DNA from: Terriglobia bacterium
GTDB taxonomy: Bacteria; Acidobacteriota; Terriglobia; Versatilivoradales; Versatilivoraceae
NCBI GenBank assembly: GCA_041476565.1
Contig: JBGOTQ010000003.1
Location: 1 to 63,482 of the forward strand
Reading direction: 5' to 3'
Length of the DNA stretch: 63,482 nucleotides
How positions within the stretch are numbered: the first letter of the stretch is position 1; every line of letters starts with the position of its first letter. Of this stretch, positions 51,120 through 61,692 are shown piece by piece. A model generated the notes under the pieces. The model saw only the letters and a program-made list of their open reading frames with translations. It made no database searches and was not told the DNA's origin. The position numbers and the translations under genes are program-made.

Positions 51120-51530
51120 CTAATTGTGAACCGTGAAGGCGAGGGGGTAACTGTAACCAACAACCAGCAAATCAATGGGAACGGTATAACTGACTGATAT
51201 GAACACAACCTGCCCTTCTCGATGGACTTTGACCTTTTCCCTTTCCAAAGGGATCTCCAATTCCTTGGCCTTTACCAAGACGGCCTCTTGGATATCCTGA
51301 ACTGCGCCCGCCGACCGGCCGGGCAGTCCGTCACTTCGCGGAAGGGATCCGACAGCACTGAGAGTTGCGATCTCAACCACAGCATCCTTCAGTTGGAAAT
51401 AACTGAAATAAGGAGGAACGATCCGGTAAAGGCCAAACGCTAAGGCGCCCAGGATCAAAAGACTGAAGATACAACCGAGGCGCCCTTTGCCACTTTGACT
51501 ACAGGATGTTCTCGGAAGTGACATTTTCAT
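51120..51530 (-). CDS. Membrane-anchored hypothetical protein (DUF4845/pilin-like)
   Basis: GKGRLGCIFSLLIL..hydrophobic helix..VPPYFSYFQLKDAV. Overlaps the proS stop. Confidence 0.6.
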   Translation of the reverse strand: MKMSLPRTSCSQSGKGRLGCIFSLLILGALAFGLYRIVPPYFSYFQLKDAVVEIATLSAVGSLPRSDGLPGRSAGAVQDIQEAVLVKAKELEIPLEREKVKVHREGQVVFISVSYTVPIDLLVVGYSYPLAFTVHN

Positions 51531-53233
51531 GAGGCTCCTGCCGTTTCAAGGATGGATCGGGCCTTACGGGGTAATTCTGCCAAAGGCATGTCTTCCATTT
51601 TTCGTGTAAATCGGTCGACCCACTCTACTATCCCTGCAGCATATTTCTTGCTGCCAAAATTGATTCGCACAGGAATTCCGATCAAATCGGCGTCCTTAAA
51701 CTTCACCCCGGGCCGTTCGCCCCGATCATCCAATAGCACTTCGACACCCAGGGTTTGTAATTCCTGGTAGACTTGCTCGGCGCCATGGACCAGCGCTGGA
51801 TCCTTGGTATTGAGCAAGCAAATCAGGCAATGGAAGGGAGCGATCGAGAGGGGCCATTGAATGCCATCCGCGTCATGGTAGAGCTCGATGGCGGCCGCCA
51901 TGATGCGCTCCAAGCCGATTCCGTAGCTCCCCATCACAATGGGGACCTCCTTCCCCTCCGCATTCAGGACAGTGGCCCCCATGCTTTCTGAGTACTTGAT
52001 GCCCAGCTTGAAGATGTGCCCGATTTCCAGTGCCTTGTTGACAGTCAGGGGTCTGCCACACTCGATGCAGGCCTCGCCTTGCTGAACTACCCGCAAATCC
52101 ATGGACTCGGCTTGATAATCCCGGCCCGGAGTGACCCCGGTCAAATGGTAATCGTCGCGGTTTGCACCGCAGGTAAGATTCTTCCTATTTACCAGCGCAA
52201 GATCGGAAAGAATTCGCAGGCCCGACACTCCCACCGGACCTAGCGAGCCTGCCGCAGCGCCCATGACGTTGCGGATTTCATCGGGATGGGCCGGCCGAAC
52301 CTCGGCACCCAGGGCCGTCTGTAGCTTGATTTCATTGAGTTGGTGATCGCCGCGCAACAGTGCCAGGAACGGCTTCTGTTCGCACACATAAATCATCGTC
52401 TTGATCTGCTGGGAAGAAAGAATCTTCAAGAAGTTGCTGATTTCGTCGATAGTCTTCTGATTGGGAGTGTGCACGAGATGAGGATGGTCAGGGCCATCCT
52501 CATCCACAATGTTTTCCAGACGGGAAGCTGCCTTTTCCAGATTGGCCGCATATCCGCAGCCGCAATAAACAATCAGATCCTCACCCGCGTCCGTGACCAC
52601 CATGAATTCCTGAGACTGCCGCCCACCCATCATGCCGCTGTCAGCTTCGACCACATGATACTTGAGTCCACATCGGTCATAAATGCGTCGGTAGAGCTGG
52701 TGGTGTTTTTGATAGCTCACATCGAGCCCTTCCCAACTGGCATCGAAGGAGTAGGAGTCCTTCATTGAGAATTGACGTACCCGGAGTAGTCCGGACTTGG
52801 GGCGGGGCTCGTCACGGAACTTGGTTTGAATCTGGTACCAGACTTGGGGCAACTGCCGGTAGGAACGGAGTTCATTGCGAGCGATGGCAGTGAAGACCTC
52901 CTCGTGGGTCATCCCCAGGCACAGGTCCCGGTCGGACCTGTCCTTCAGGCGGAACATGTTTCGCCCCATTATTTCCCAACGTCCACTCTCCTGCCAGAGT
53001 TCAGCCGGGTGCAGGGCCGGGAGAAAAAACTCCTGGGCACCCATCCGGTCGAGTTCCTCACGGATGATCCTTGCAATCTTGTTCATTACCCGCTGGGCCA
53101 AGGGGAGAAACGAATAGATCCCTGACGCCAGCTGGCGAACATATCCGCCCCTCAAGAGCAGAATATGGCTGGCAACTTCGGCCTCTGCCGGCGCTTCTCT
53201 CAAAGTAGGGATAAACATCTGACTCCAACGCAT
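51527..53233 (-). CDS. proS: Prolyl-tRNA synthetase (bacterial type with editing domain)
   Basis: MRWSQMFIPTLRE, KFRDEPRPKSGLLRVRQF, IGHIFKLG, MGSYGIG. Confidence 0.97.
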   Translation of the reverse strand: MRWSQMFIPTLREAPAEAEVASHILLLRGGYVRQLASGIYSFLPLAQRVMNKIARIIREELDRMGAQEFFLPALHPAELWQESGRWEIMGRNMFRLKDRSDRDLCLGMTHEEVFTAIARNELRSYRQLPQVWYQIQTKFRDEPRPKSGLLRVRQFSMKDSYSFDASWEGLDVSYQKHHQLYRRIYDRCGLKYHVVEADSGMMGGRQSQEFMVVTDAGEDLIVYCGCGYAANLEKAASRLENIVDEDGPDHPHLVHTPNQKTIDEISNFLKILSSQQIKTMIYVCEQKPFLALLRGDHQLNEIKLQTALGAEVRPAHPDEIRNVMGAAAGSLGPVGVSGLRILSDLALVNRKNLTCGANRDDYHLTGVTPGRDYQAESMDLRVVQQGEACIECGRPLTVNKALEIGHIFKLGIKYSESMGATVLNAEGKEVPIVMGSYGIGLERIMAAAIELYHDADGIQWPLSIAPFHCLICLLNTKDPALVHGAEQVYQELQTLGVEVLLDDRGERPGVKFKDADLIGIPVRINFGSKKYAAGIVEWVDRFTRKMEDMPLAELPRKARSILETAGAS

Positions 53234-53471
53234 GGGATCTCCTCGAGGAGAATGCTGATTGGTAAAACCGGTAAAGTAGTGTATCTCGCCACAGCCGTCA
53301 AGCAAATTCTGACCTCCCTCATCCTCCAAAACCCTTGCCAGACGCGGGAAAAACAGTAGCTGACGGGCGACATAGATATTGTGTTCAGGCCACTTCTCGA
53401 GTAGACTGAGAACAGGTCAAACCGGAAGGGAAAACCAATTCTTACTCATTTTAGATAAAGGAAGACATCCA

Positions 53472-54737
53472 ATGTCCTCTGTTCTCAACGCCACAATGAC
53501 AAAACCTTTGCAAGACGTAGATCCGGAAATTTTCCGGGCGATATCCGACGAGACGCGGCGGCAAGCTTCTCAGCTGGAATTGATTGCTTCGGAAAACTTC
53601 GTCAGCGAAGCAGTTCTCGAAGCCATGGGCAGCGTCTTTACCAATAAGTATGCGGAAGGCTATCCCGGCAGACGGTATTATGGAGGTTGTGAATTTACCG
53701 ATGTCGCCGAGACCCTGGCTATTCAGAGGGCCCAGCAGTTATTTGGCGCTGACCACGTCAACGTCCAGCCACATTCCGGGACCCAGGCTAATGTTGCGGT
53801 CTATATGACTGTGCTATCCCCTGGCGACACCATACTGGGGATGAACCTTTCTCACGGGGGCCATCTCACTCACGGCCATCCCCTGAATTTCTCAGGAAAA
53901 ATGTACAAAGTCGTCCCCTATGGAGTCCGAGAAGACACAGAGACGCTCAACTATGATGAACTGGAGCGGTTAGCTCACGAGCATAAGCCCAAGATGATCG
54001 TAGTTGGTGCCAGTGCTTATCCGCGCATCCTCGATTTTGAGCGGATTGGAGGGATCGCCCGGAGCGCGGGAGCGCTAGTGATGGCCGATATAGCTCATAT
54101 TGCCGGCATGGTTGCCGTGGGGGAGCATCCGAGCCCAATTCCCCATTGCGACTTCGTGACCACTACCACCCACAAGACACTTCGGGGGCCGCGGGGCGGC
54201 ATGGTGATGTGTAAGGCGGCTTATGCAAAAGATCTGGATCGACTCGTGTTCCCGGGAACTCAAGGGGGTCCACTGGTTCACATCATTGCGGCCAAGGCCG
54301 TATGCTTTCAAGAAGCATTGCAGCCAAACTACAAGATTTATATCAGCCAAGTGCTGGCCAATGCCAAGGTGTTGGCAGCGACTCTTAAAGAAAGAAACTT
54401 TCGGATCGTTTCCGGTGGAACTGACAACCATCTGATGCTGGTGGACGTGTATTCCAAAGGTATCACCGGTAAAGACGCCGAGAAAGCATTGGATGCCTCC
54501 GGGATTACCGTCAATAAGAACACGATCCCATTCGACAAAAACTCCCCTATGGTTACCAGCGGAATTCGGGTCGGAACTCCTGCTCTGACCACGAGAGGGA
54601 TGAAAGAAGCGGAAATGAAGCAAATTGGTGCCTGGATCGCAGACGTCCTCGATGACATCCAGAACCTTGAACTGCGGAATGATGTTCGCCAGCAGGTGCT
54701 GGAAATGACCCGCTCATTTCCGCTCTATGGGCAATAA
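53472..54737 (+). CDS. glyA: Serine hydroxymethyltransferase
   Basis: [44 protein letters not shown]. Confidence 0.98.
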   Translation: MSSVLNATMTKPLQDVDPEIFRAISDETRRQASQLELIASENFVSEAVLEAMGSVFTNKYAEGYPGRRYYGGCEFTDVAETLAIQRAQQLFGADHVNVQPHSGTQANVAVYMTVLSPGDTILGMNLSHGGHLTHGHPLNFSGKMYKVVPYGVREDTETLNYDELERLAHEHKPKMIVVGASAYPRILDFERIGGIARSAGALVMADIAHIAGMVAVGEHPSPIPHCDFVTTTTHKTLRGPRGGMVMCKAAYAKDLDRLVFPGTQGGPLVHIIAAKAVCFQEALQPNYKIYISQVLANAKVLAATLKERNFRIVSGGTDNHLMLVDVYSKGITGKDAEKALDASGITVNKNTIPFDKNSPMVTSGIRVGTPALTTRGMKEAEMKQIGAWIADVLDDIQNLELRNDVRQQVLEMTRSFPLYGQ

Positions 54738-55105
54738 GATGGAGGGATTGGCCAAGAGGCTCCCCGGTTTTTCCATTAATCGGTAACATGATTCTACTCT
54801 CGAAATCCCAGCAAAGGCTTGTAGCCCTCATTAGAATCACTGTAAGCCTTTTTCTTTTAATAGGTTAGATAGCGAACAGAGATTCGTATTCTTGAATACA
54901 GTTAGATGGCTTTATCCTTGCATAAATCTATTTGTACATGGGATTCCTGTACAAAAGTAAAGAGTTTGACTCTTCCGGGACCGAGAGGGAACACGCAGGG
55001 CACCCTTTGGAGTCGTTCTCTCATCCAAATTCTGGAAGGGGCGTTTTGACTTATCGGGCAGGAGACGTTAAAAATCGGGATAGAATTAGAAAAGGATAGA
55101 GTTAT

Positions 55106-55408
55106 ATGAAAAGAAATCGTTGGCTGAGTTTAGGCAAAGTTTCACGGATCCAGGTGAGGCGGGGTCTGGAGGATCGGGTTGTCTTTTGTGCCAATTGCGA
55201 TGCCAACCGAACGCTGTCTGTGTCTTCGTGCGGAAATCTCACCTGCTCCAGCTGCAGTTCTGAAAATTGGATGTATCTGTCAGCCCCTATTGCTGCTAAC
55301 TTCAAAGAATACAACGAACGACAGATCCTCGAACGTATCCAGGTCGATCGCTATCTGGATAGGTTAGAGCGAGAGGCTTTCTTTGCTCCCAATGTTGCGC
55401 TTGTTTGA
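55106..55408 (+). CDS. Small zinc-ribbon-like hypothetical protein
   Basis: CANC-x15-CSSC. AGGA RBS upstream and terminator downstream. Confidence 0.6.
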   Translation: MKRNRWLSLGKVSRIQVRRGLEDRVVFCANCDANRTLSVSSCGNLTCSSCSSENWMYLSAPIAANFKEYNERQILERIQVDRYLDRLEREAFFAPNVALV

Positions 55409-55474
55409 AACTGAATAGCACTTGACCCTTAGAAGCAACTAGAATTTAGACCATTTGGCAGTCTCCAGAAAATG

Positions 55475-55511
55475 ACCCACTTCTCGCCAAGGGGCGAGGA
55501 GTGGGTTTTTT
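55475..55511 (+). terminator. Intrinsic terminator
   Basis: ACCCACTTCTCGCC-AAGG-GGCGAGGAGTGGGT followed by a T run. Confidence 0.85.
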
Positions 55512-55745
55512 GTTGGTAACAGAGGCTAAAGAAAAGGCGAAGATCGAACGAGGAAATTCATTTTGTTCAGAATTCACTTGGTCAGTTATCGTCCCGCTCC
55601 TCTCCTGCTTTTGAACAACCGACCCGGTTCGGGTTGTTTCCCTCGCTTTTAAACATCCTGCCTTTTGGCGTTCAGTTGAGGATTTTTTGACATCGCATAA
55701 GGCATGTTCTATCCTGAACTCCGGTTATCGTGACGGCCCAGAGCG

Positions 55746-57224
55746 ATGAGAGAAAAAGTACTTCTTGTTTATCCTCGCCACACCGAAGGTTTCCAGGTTC
55801 AACCATGGATGGAAGTTCCCCAAGGTCTCCTGCATGTCGCTGCCCCCCTTCTGCCAGCCGGCTTCGAGGTCAGGATTCTAGATCAGAGATTCGAGCCGAA
55901 TTGGCACTCGCTCTTACAGGAGGAATTGGAGCTCGGCCTGATCTGCGTGGGTGTTTCAGCTGCTACGGGACCACAACTTCATCATGCGCTGGAGATTTCC
56001 AAAGCGGTCAAATCAATCCGAAATACCCCACTAGTCTGGGGAGGGGTCCATCCCAGCATCCTCCCTGAACAAACCCTCCACGAACGAGAAATCGACATCG
56101 TAGTCATGGGCGAAGGCGAGCAAACCTTTCTCGAACTGGTCCAGACCCTCGAAAATCAGAGTCCGCTGTCGGCCGTGAAAGGGATTTGTTATAAGGAACA
56201 GGGAAAGATTATCCACAACGGTCCTAGACCGTTTATCGATCTCAATGACTTGCCCCCTCTTCCCTTCCATCTGGTGGATCCGCGTCGCTATTTAATGAGG
56301 GTTTTTGGTGTAGAACGATTGAGTTTTTCAACCAGCCGTGGTTGTCCGCGTGACTGCGCCTTTTGTGTGAACACAGTTTTCAACCGGAGACAGTGGCGAG
56401 CAATGAAACCCGATTTGGCGGTCACACGAATGAAGGATTTCATAGGGTCTTACGGTATGAAAGGACTCGTCATAACCGACAGCAATTTCTTCGTTGATAT
56501 GGACCGCAGTCGCGAGATTTTCCGAAGAATGATCGAGGAAAAGCTCAAAATTAGCCTCACTCGAGTCCACATTTGTTTTGATGAATTGTCACGGCTAAAT
56601 GAAGATGATTTCCGGTTGCTCGAGAAAGCGGGCTGCAAGTGCCTTTCTATCGGCGTAGAATCCGGTTCGGAAAGGATTCGAAGCCAGCTCCACAAACCAA
56701 TCGACATCGCGAAACTGCTGGAGATTAACCGTAAGATCAAGCAGTATCCGATCGTTCCACTTTACTTCTTTATGATGGGGTTTCCAGGGGAGACGCTGGA
56801 AGATCTCGAACAAACGGGTCTGCTTTTCCGCCAGTTGCTTGCGGAAAACCCTAACGCTCTCAAGTCAATCAATATCTTCACACCGTACCCCGGAACAGAA
56901 CTTTTTGAGACCGCCGTACAAAATGGATTGCAGATGCCTCAAGCCCTGGACGAGTGGGCCCGTTTTAACTACCGCAATCTCCCCCAGGAATATCCCTGGT
57001 TATCGAAAAAGATGCGGCAGACGATCCAGATGCTTGACTTTTGTTCCTTCTTCGTCGGATCGAGAGGTTATACAAATCCTTTCAAGAAGACTCATCCACT
57101 GGCAGTGGCCTTGGCGACATTGTATGCTCCGTTGGCGCGAATGCGCGTGGAGAAACTCTTCTCAAAGTTCCCCGTTGAAATCAAACTCGCAAAGATGCTC
57201 GGGTTATTCGCAAGACAAGGATGA
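55746..57224 (+). CDS. B12-binding radical SAM protein
   Basis: VWGGVHPS B12-binding region, TSRGCPRDCAFC, IGVESGS, FMMGFPGET. Confidence 0.93.
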   Translation: MREKVLLVYPRHTEGFQVQPWMEVPQGLLHVAAPLLPAGFEVRILDQRFEPNWHSLLQEELELGLICVGVSAATGPQLHHALEISKAVKSIRNTPLVWGGVHPSILPEQTLHEREIDIVVMGEGEQTFLELVQTLENQSPLSAVKGICYKEQGKIIHNGPRPFIDLNDLPPLPFHLVDPRRYLMRVFGVERLSFSTSRGCPRDCAFCVNTVFNRRQWRAMKPDLAVTRMKDFIGSYGMKGLVITDSNFFVDMDRSREIFRRMIEEKLKISLTRVHICFDELSRLNEDDFRLLEKAGCKCLSIGVESGSERIRSQLHKPIDIAKLLEINRKIKQYPIVPLYFFMMGFPGETLEDLEQTGLLFRQLLAENPNALKSINIFTPYPGTELFETAVQNGLQMPQALDEWARFNYRNLPQEYPWLSKKMRQTIQMLDFCSFFVGSRGYTNPFKKTHPLAVALATLYAPLARMRVEKLFSKFPVEIKLAKMLGLFARQG

Positions 57225-57410
57225 CTCTCAGGAAGGACGAAGGAGAGATCTTGTCGAGTGAATCCAGACGGGATGTGTCATCTGCGCCCCTCCCTACTTT
57301 ACTCTTGCAGGGACATTCTCTCTAAACGGCAGAACCGCCTTGCCTAATATTATTTAAGTCCGCTCATACCAGGCACTTATCCAGTCCGGACAGTACCCAA
57401 AGCCTGCGCT

Positions 57411-57947
57411 TCAATCTGATTTTTGCCAGAACCTGGAGTATTCTTTGAGATAGGTCAGGGAGTCTAGACTTCGCATGCGGTCGAGAAAGACCTTTCCAGT
57501 CAAATGGTCATATTCATGTTGAATGACTCGAGCGAAAAAATCCTTGGCGTGAATATGAAGGCTTCTCCCGGAAGGATCAACGGCCTGGACCTTGATCTCT
57601 TGGTGCCTGGGGACCATGCCTCTCATGTTCGGAATACTCAAACATCCCTCCCAGCCCTCTTCCAGGTTCTCGGAGACAGCTGTGATCACAGGATTGATCA
57701 AGACTGTCAGAGGTGTTGTCGTTTCTTTGGGATTCTTAGGGTCGCCCAAAGCTTCGACGGCTAGGATTTGGACAGATTGATGGACTTGGGTGGCCGCCAG
57801 TCCTACACCTTCATATTCTCGCATGGTCTCGACCATGTCCCGGATCAGACGCTGGACCTCAGGGCTGGCAATTTCTTTGGAAGAGACCGGCTGAGCAACT
57901 CGCCTCAAAACGGGATGACCAAGTTTAGCAATTTTCAAAATCGACAT
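57411..57947 (-). CDS. def: Peptide deformylase
   Basis: GVGLAATQ, EGCLS, QHEYDHL. Confidence 0.96.
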   Translation of the reverse strand: MSILKIAKLGHPVLRRVAQPVSSKEIASPEVQRLIRDMVETMREYEGVGLAATQVHQSVQILAVEALGDPKNPKETTTPLTVLINPVITAVSENLEEGWEGCLSIPNMRGMVPRHQEIKVQAVDPSGRSLHIHAKDFFARVIQHEYDHLTGKVFLDRMRSLDSLTYLKEYSRFWQKSD

Positions 57948-58018
57948 CAAAATCCTCCTGAATCCTATATAATTGTAATAGGAAAGGAAGCTACTTTCGG
58001 CAACTGGCTCAACCTATC

Positions 58019-58654
58019 ATGATTTTCGAGGCGATCGCTGTCGGCCCCCTGCAATGTAACTGCTACGTCTTAGGTTGTGAGAAGACCCGCGAAGGAATTG
58101 TTATTGACCCAGGTGATGACTCCGATTTGATCCTGCCTCTAATCGAGAAACATCAGCTTAAAATCAGATACATCTTGAGCACTCACGCCCACATCGACCA
58201 TGTTGGCGACCTCGAACCGCTTAAGGCTCGAACCGGCGCCCAAGCCATTCTCCACGAACGGGACCTGCCTCTTTATCAAAATTTGCCCATCCAGGCCGCT
58301 TGGCTCGGTGTTGCAACTCCCAGGATGGCTCAAATCGACACCTATGTCCATGATCGAGACATCCTGCGGTTTGGTAAACATTCCGGTGAAATCCTCTACA
58401 CCCCCGGACACTCACCTGGCAGTTTGTGCTTCCACGTTCCAGGTATTGTGGACCAATTGTTTGCGGGTGACACCATGTTTCAGCGCAGCATTGGGCGAAC
58501 CGACTTATGGGGAGGCTCTTATGAGGCGATCCTGAAGTCGATTCGAGAGAAGCTGCTGGTCCTGGATGACCGCACGGTGGTTCACCCCGGTCACGGGCCA
58601 GCCACGACCGTGGGCGATGAGAGACGACACAATCCTTTCCTGAACGAACTGTAA
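58019..58654 (+). CDS. MBL-fold metallo-hydrolase (glyoxalase II-like)
   Basis: THAHIDH, TPGHSPG, GDTMF..IGRTDL, PGHG. Confidence 0.93.
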   Translation: MIFEAIAVGPLQCNCYVLGCEKTREGIVIDPGDDSDLILPLIEKHQLKIRYILSTHAHIDHVGDLEPLKARTGAQAILHERDLPLYQNLPIQAAWLGVATPRMAQIDTYVHDRDILRFGKHSGEILYTPGHSPGSLCFHVPGIVDQLFAGDTMFQRSIGRTDLWGGSYEAILKSIREKLLVLDDRTVVHPGHGPATTVGDERRHNPFLNEL

Positions 58655-58658
58655 CCGT

Positions 58659-59612
58659 TTAACGCAGCAGCGGCTCGATGGCTTTCTCGATCGTTCTCTC
58701 CTCCTGATAGTTCACAAAGTGAGCGCGAACGATACCGGCGCGGTCAATGAGGAATAGAGTTGGAAATAGAGACACGCCGCCGTATGAGGCCTGGACTTCA
58801 GCGCTCATGTGGGCCACCGGAAAGTTGATCTGATTCTTCTGTAAGTAAGCCTGCCGCTCCTGGTCACTATAGCCCAGTTCGAGAAACTGGTCTGCATTCA
58901 TCCCCACCACCACAAAGTTGCTTGCCCGGTACCTCTTCTGGAGGGAAACGAGGTGAGGCGTGATTTGGACGCAGGGAGGGCAATGGGTGAACCAGAAATA
59001 AAGCAGGCAGACCTTCCCTCGATAGTCGCTCAGAGCCAAGCGACCTCCGTCAATCGAACGAACCGCAAATCCAGGTGCCGGTCTTCCTTCCCAGCCGCCC
59101 AGGCTCCGCTCTACCACCTTGTTGAAACGAGGATCAACCTTGATCTTCTCCACGTCTACTGTCGTAATCTCGCCGGTCTTGGGATCGCGGCTGAAGAACC
59201 TGGGAATGCGCTGATCGTATTCCAGAATCCGTAAGAGAGTCTCAGCTTCTCCTTCAAGAGTTAGGTGGAATTGCTGAGCAATTTCGTCTAACGATGGAGG
59301 CTTCTGTGCGGTCAAATAGTACTCAGCCACGAACGAAGGGATCTTAAAGACGACGTTGTAGAAGCGGTCTAGTGCCCGACGGTCCGCAGGTGTGGTAAAC
59401 ACCTCGTTATAGAGCTTGCTAACCGAGAAGTTTTCACCCGGTCTGAGGTGGGCCCTAAGGTAGTCGTAGACTTTGCGCTCAGCTGTGACGTCCTCCGGCC
59501 CATACGACGCGGCGATCTCTAAACACGGCAGGAGCAGGAAGAAAAAAATGCCAAACCATGAGACCACGCCAGTATTCATGATGTAGTCTATATTTTTCCT
59601 GAAGTTGGTCAT
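58659..59612 (-). CDS. TlpA/ResA-like thioredoxin-fold protein with extra N-terminal domain
   Basis: YFWFTHCPPC, FPTLFLIDRAG. N-terminal hydrophobic helix. Confidence 0.85.
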   Translation of the reverse strand: MTNFRKNIDYIMNTGVVSWFGIFFFLLLPCLEIAASYGPEDVTAERKVYDYLRAHLRPGENFSVSKLYNEVFTTPADRRALDRFYNVVFKIPSFVAEYYLTAQKPPSLDEIAQQFHLTLEGEAETLLRILEYDQRIPRFFSRDPKTGEITTVDVEKIKVDPRFNKVVERSLGGWEGRPAPGFAVRSIDGGRLALSDYRGKVCLLYFWFTHCPPCVQITPHLVSLQKRYRASNFVVVGMNADQFLELGYSDQERQAYLQKNQINFPVAHMSAEVQASYGGVSLFPTLFLIDRAGIVRAHFVNYQEERTIEKAIEPLLR

Positions 59613-59679
59613 GACTTTGAGAGTTGCGTGGGGAAACTCAATGAGTATTGTGCAGACTCACCTCTAGAGTCACGCTGGT

Positions 59680-60780
59680 TCAAGAGACCTGGGCTTGCCG
59701 CACCGGCCGATACAGCGTGTCGCGTTCTACGGGCTCCCGCCCAGCCTCGCGGATCAGATGTTCAATCTCGGTCCGAGTCAACCCGAGTGGAGTCTGGGCT
59801 CCAGCCATATGCACAATCTTTTCCTCGATCACGGTTCCGTCCAGATCGTCTGCCCCGAAGCTCAGGCCTACCTGAGCGGTTTTTGGACTGATCATGATCC
59901 AGTAAGCCTTGATGTGCGGGAAATTGTCTAGCATGAGACGAGCCACCGCAATGGTTCGCAGGTCTAACATAGCCGTCGGCCCAGGGAGGTGGCTGAGCTT
60001 TGTATTGGCCGGATGGAAAGCCAACGGAATGAAGCACTGGAACCCGTTGGTTTCATCCTGCAAATCTCTGAGCCGGATCAAATGGTCAATCCGTTCTTCA
60101 ACGGTTTCCACATGCCCGTAAAGCATGGTGGCATTGGATTTCAGCCCGGCCTCGTGAACCTTACAGGCAATTTCTAGCCATCGCTTCGCCGATACCTTAT
60201 GGTCACAAATAATGTCGCGGGAGCGGTCTGCAAAGATCTCCGCTCCCCCGCCCGGACAGCTATCCATCCCCGCTTCTTTCAATGCCTGAATGGTCTCCTC
60301 AATCGAGAGCTTGGCCCGTCGGGCAAAGAAATCGATCTCCACCATAGTAAAGGCCTTCAAATGTACGTTGGGGAATCGTTGCTTGAGGCCGCGCAATAGG
60401 TCCAAATAGTAGGTGAAATTCAGGTAAGGATGGAGTCCCCCGACGATGTGGAACTCGGTCACACTCTCGGTATATCCTTGGGAGGCATGGTGGAAGACCT
60501 CTTCCAGCGTCATCGTGTATCCATCCCTGTTGGGTTTCCGGGCAAACCCGCAGAACATGCAGTCCACGACACAGACATTGGTGGGATTAATGTGACGGTT
60601 GATGTTGTAATAGCCGACATTGCCGTTCCATTTTTCGCGAACCCAGTTAGCCAATCGGCCGGCTGTGTAAAGATCCGGGGTCGTATAAAGCGTCACTCCA
60701 TCCTGAAATGAAAGCCTTTGTCCGGCAAGCACCTTCTCGGCAAGGGCCGCCATTTCCGGGTAGATCAGTCGACTATCCAT
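59680..60780 (-). CDS. mqnE: Aminofutalosine synthase (CofH/MqnE radical SAM)
   Basis: NRHINPTNVCVVDCMFC, PGGGAEIF, NATMLYGH, HIKAYW, GADDLDGT. Confidence 0.88.
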   Translation of the reverse strand: MDSRLIYPEMAALAEKVLAGQRLSFQDGVTLYTTPDLYTAGRLANWVREKWNGNVGYYNINRHINPTNVCVVDCMFCGFARKPNRDGYTMTLEEVFHHASQGYTESVTEFHIVGGLHPYLNFTYYLDLLRGLKQRFPNVHLKAFTMVEIDFFARRAKLSIEETIQALKEAGMDSCPGGGAEIFADRSRDIICDHKVSAKRWLEIACKVHEAGLKSNATMLYGHVETVEERIDHLIRLRDLQDETNGFQCFIPLAFHPANTKLSHLPGPTAMLDLRTIAVARLMLDNFPHIKAYWIMISPKTAQVGLSFGADDLDGTVIEEKIVHMAGAQTPLGLTRTEIEHLIREAGREPVERDTLYRPVRQAQVS

Positions 60781-60881
60781 GATTGTACACTCCGTAAGCA
60801 CTCGGGTTCGTGACAGATCGCACGGAATCACAGGATGAAGTTATGTTAGCTCAGGGGGAAAAGGGGTGTCAAATTCACCCC

Positions 60882-61421
60882 TCAACGCGGGGCATCTTTG
60901 TCCCAGTGCAACAACTCAACCGTTACACCGAGATCCTTCCTGCTATCCAGGTAGATGTAAGTACCGTCGTCACTGTCGAACCGGCCCTGATGGATATTGG
61001 GCATCCCCAGTGCTTCACAGGCCTTGAGTGTTTTCTCCACATTCAGGATCTTAAAGGCGATATGATGAACCCCCTCACCATTCGCGTCCAGAATCTCCCG
61101 CCAACTCGTATTGCCTCCAACAGGTTGGAGTAACTCCAGAACAGTTTGGCCGGTCTCAAAGAAAGCCAGCTTTACCTGTCCGTTTGAGGGTTTGCCACGA
61201 TAGAGGATATTAACTTCCCGGCCGGGCTTGGTCGTAGTGATCTTAGGAGGATCCATTCCCAGCAAGGCCGCCCAGCGCCTGCTACTGGCTTCAATGTTCC
61301 GGCATACGATAGCCACTTGGACAATGGTTTTCATTCCTGGATCATGGTAAATGGGATCAGCCGCCTTAACCGGCGTCCCGAGAACTAGTGTAAGGCTCAC
61401 GATTAGTCCGAGATTTTTCAT
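60882..61421 (-). CDS. VOC family protein (methylmalonyl-CoA epimerase-like) with signal peptide
   Basis: QVAIV, LELLQP, GEGVHHIAF, VELL. Confidence 0.85.
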   Translation of the reverse strand: MKNLGLIVSLTLVLGTPVKAADPIYHDPGMKTIVQVAIVCRNIEASSRRWAALLGMDPPKITTTKPGREVNILYRGKPSNGQVKLAFFETGQTVLELLQPVGGNTSWREILDANGEGVHHIAFKILNVEKTLKACEALGMPNIHQGRFDSDDGTYIYLDSRKDLGVTVELLHWDKDAPR

Positions 61422-61486
61422 TCAACACCTCTTTCCTTGGAAATAGATGAAAATCTACCCTGGACGGTTTTGGCGCGCCACTTCGG

Positions 61487-61626
61487 ATGAAAATCGCAGG
61501 GGTAGCCATGGTGAGTGTATTGGCGACAGCAGTCGCCGCGAACCGTGGGCATTTTTACTGGCAACCAAAAGCCCATGCCTCTCGGAAAAAAGCGGTCGGC
61601 GTGGCTACCAAAACTTCCATTTTCAT
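61487..61626. repeat. Dispersed ~140 bp inverted-repeat element, copy 2
   Basis: About 90% identical by eye to the reverse complement of 8206..8344. Confidence 0.9.
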
Positions 61627-61692
61627 GAATGTTGAACGCCAGCAGACCCCCATCCGAACTGCGAGAAGCGCACCAGCCGGACTCAAACCCTC

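Noticed and set aside
53340-53470. ZMP/ZTP riboswitch upstream of glyA
   Set aside because: TGACGGGCGA resembles the 5' motif, but the GTGG..CCAC and 3' CGCCTGGG elements are missing.
54961-55040. c-di-GMP-I riboswitch
   Set aside because: CACGCAGGGCA is reminiscent, but the GNRA-capped P2 stem and P3 are not recognisable.
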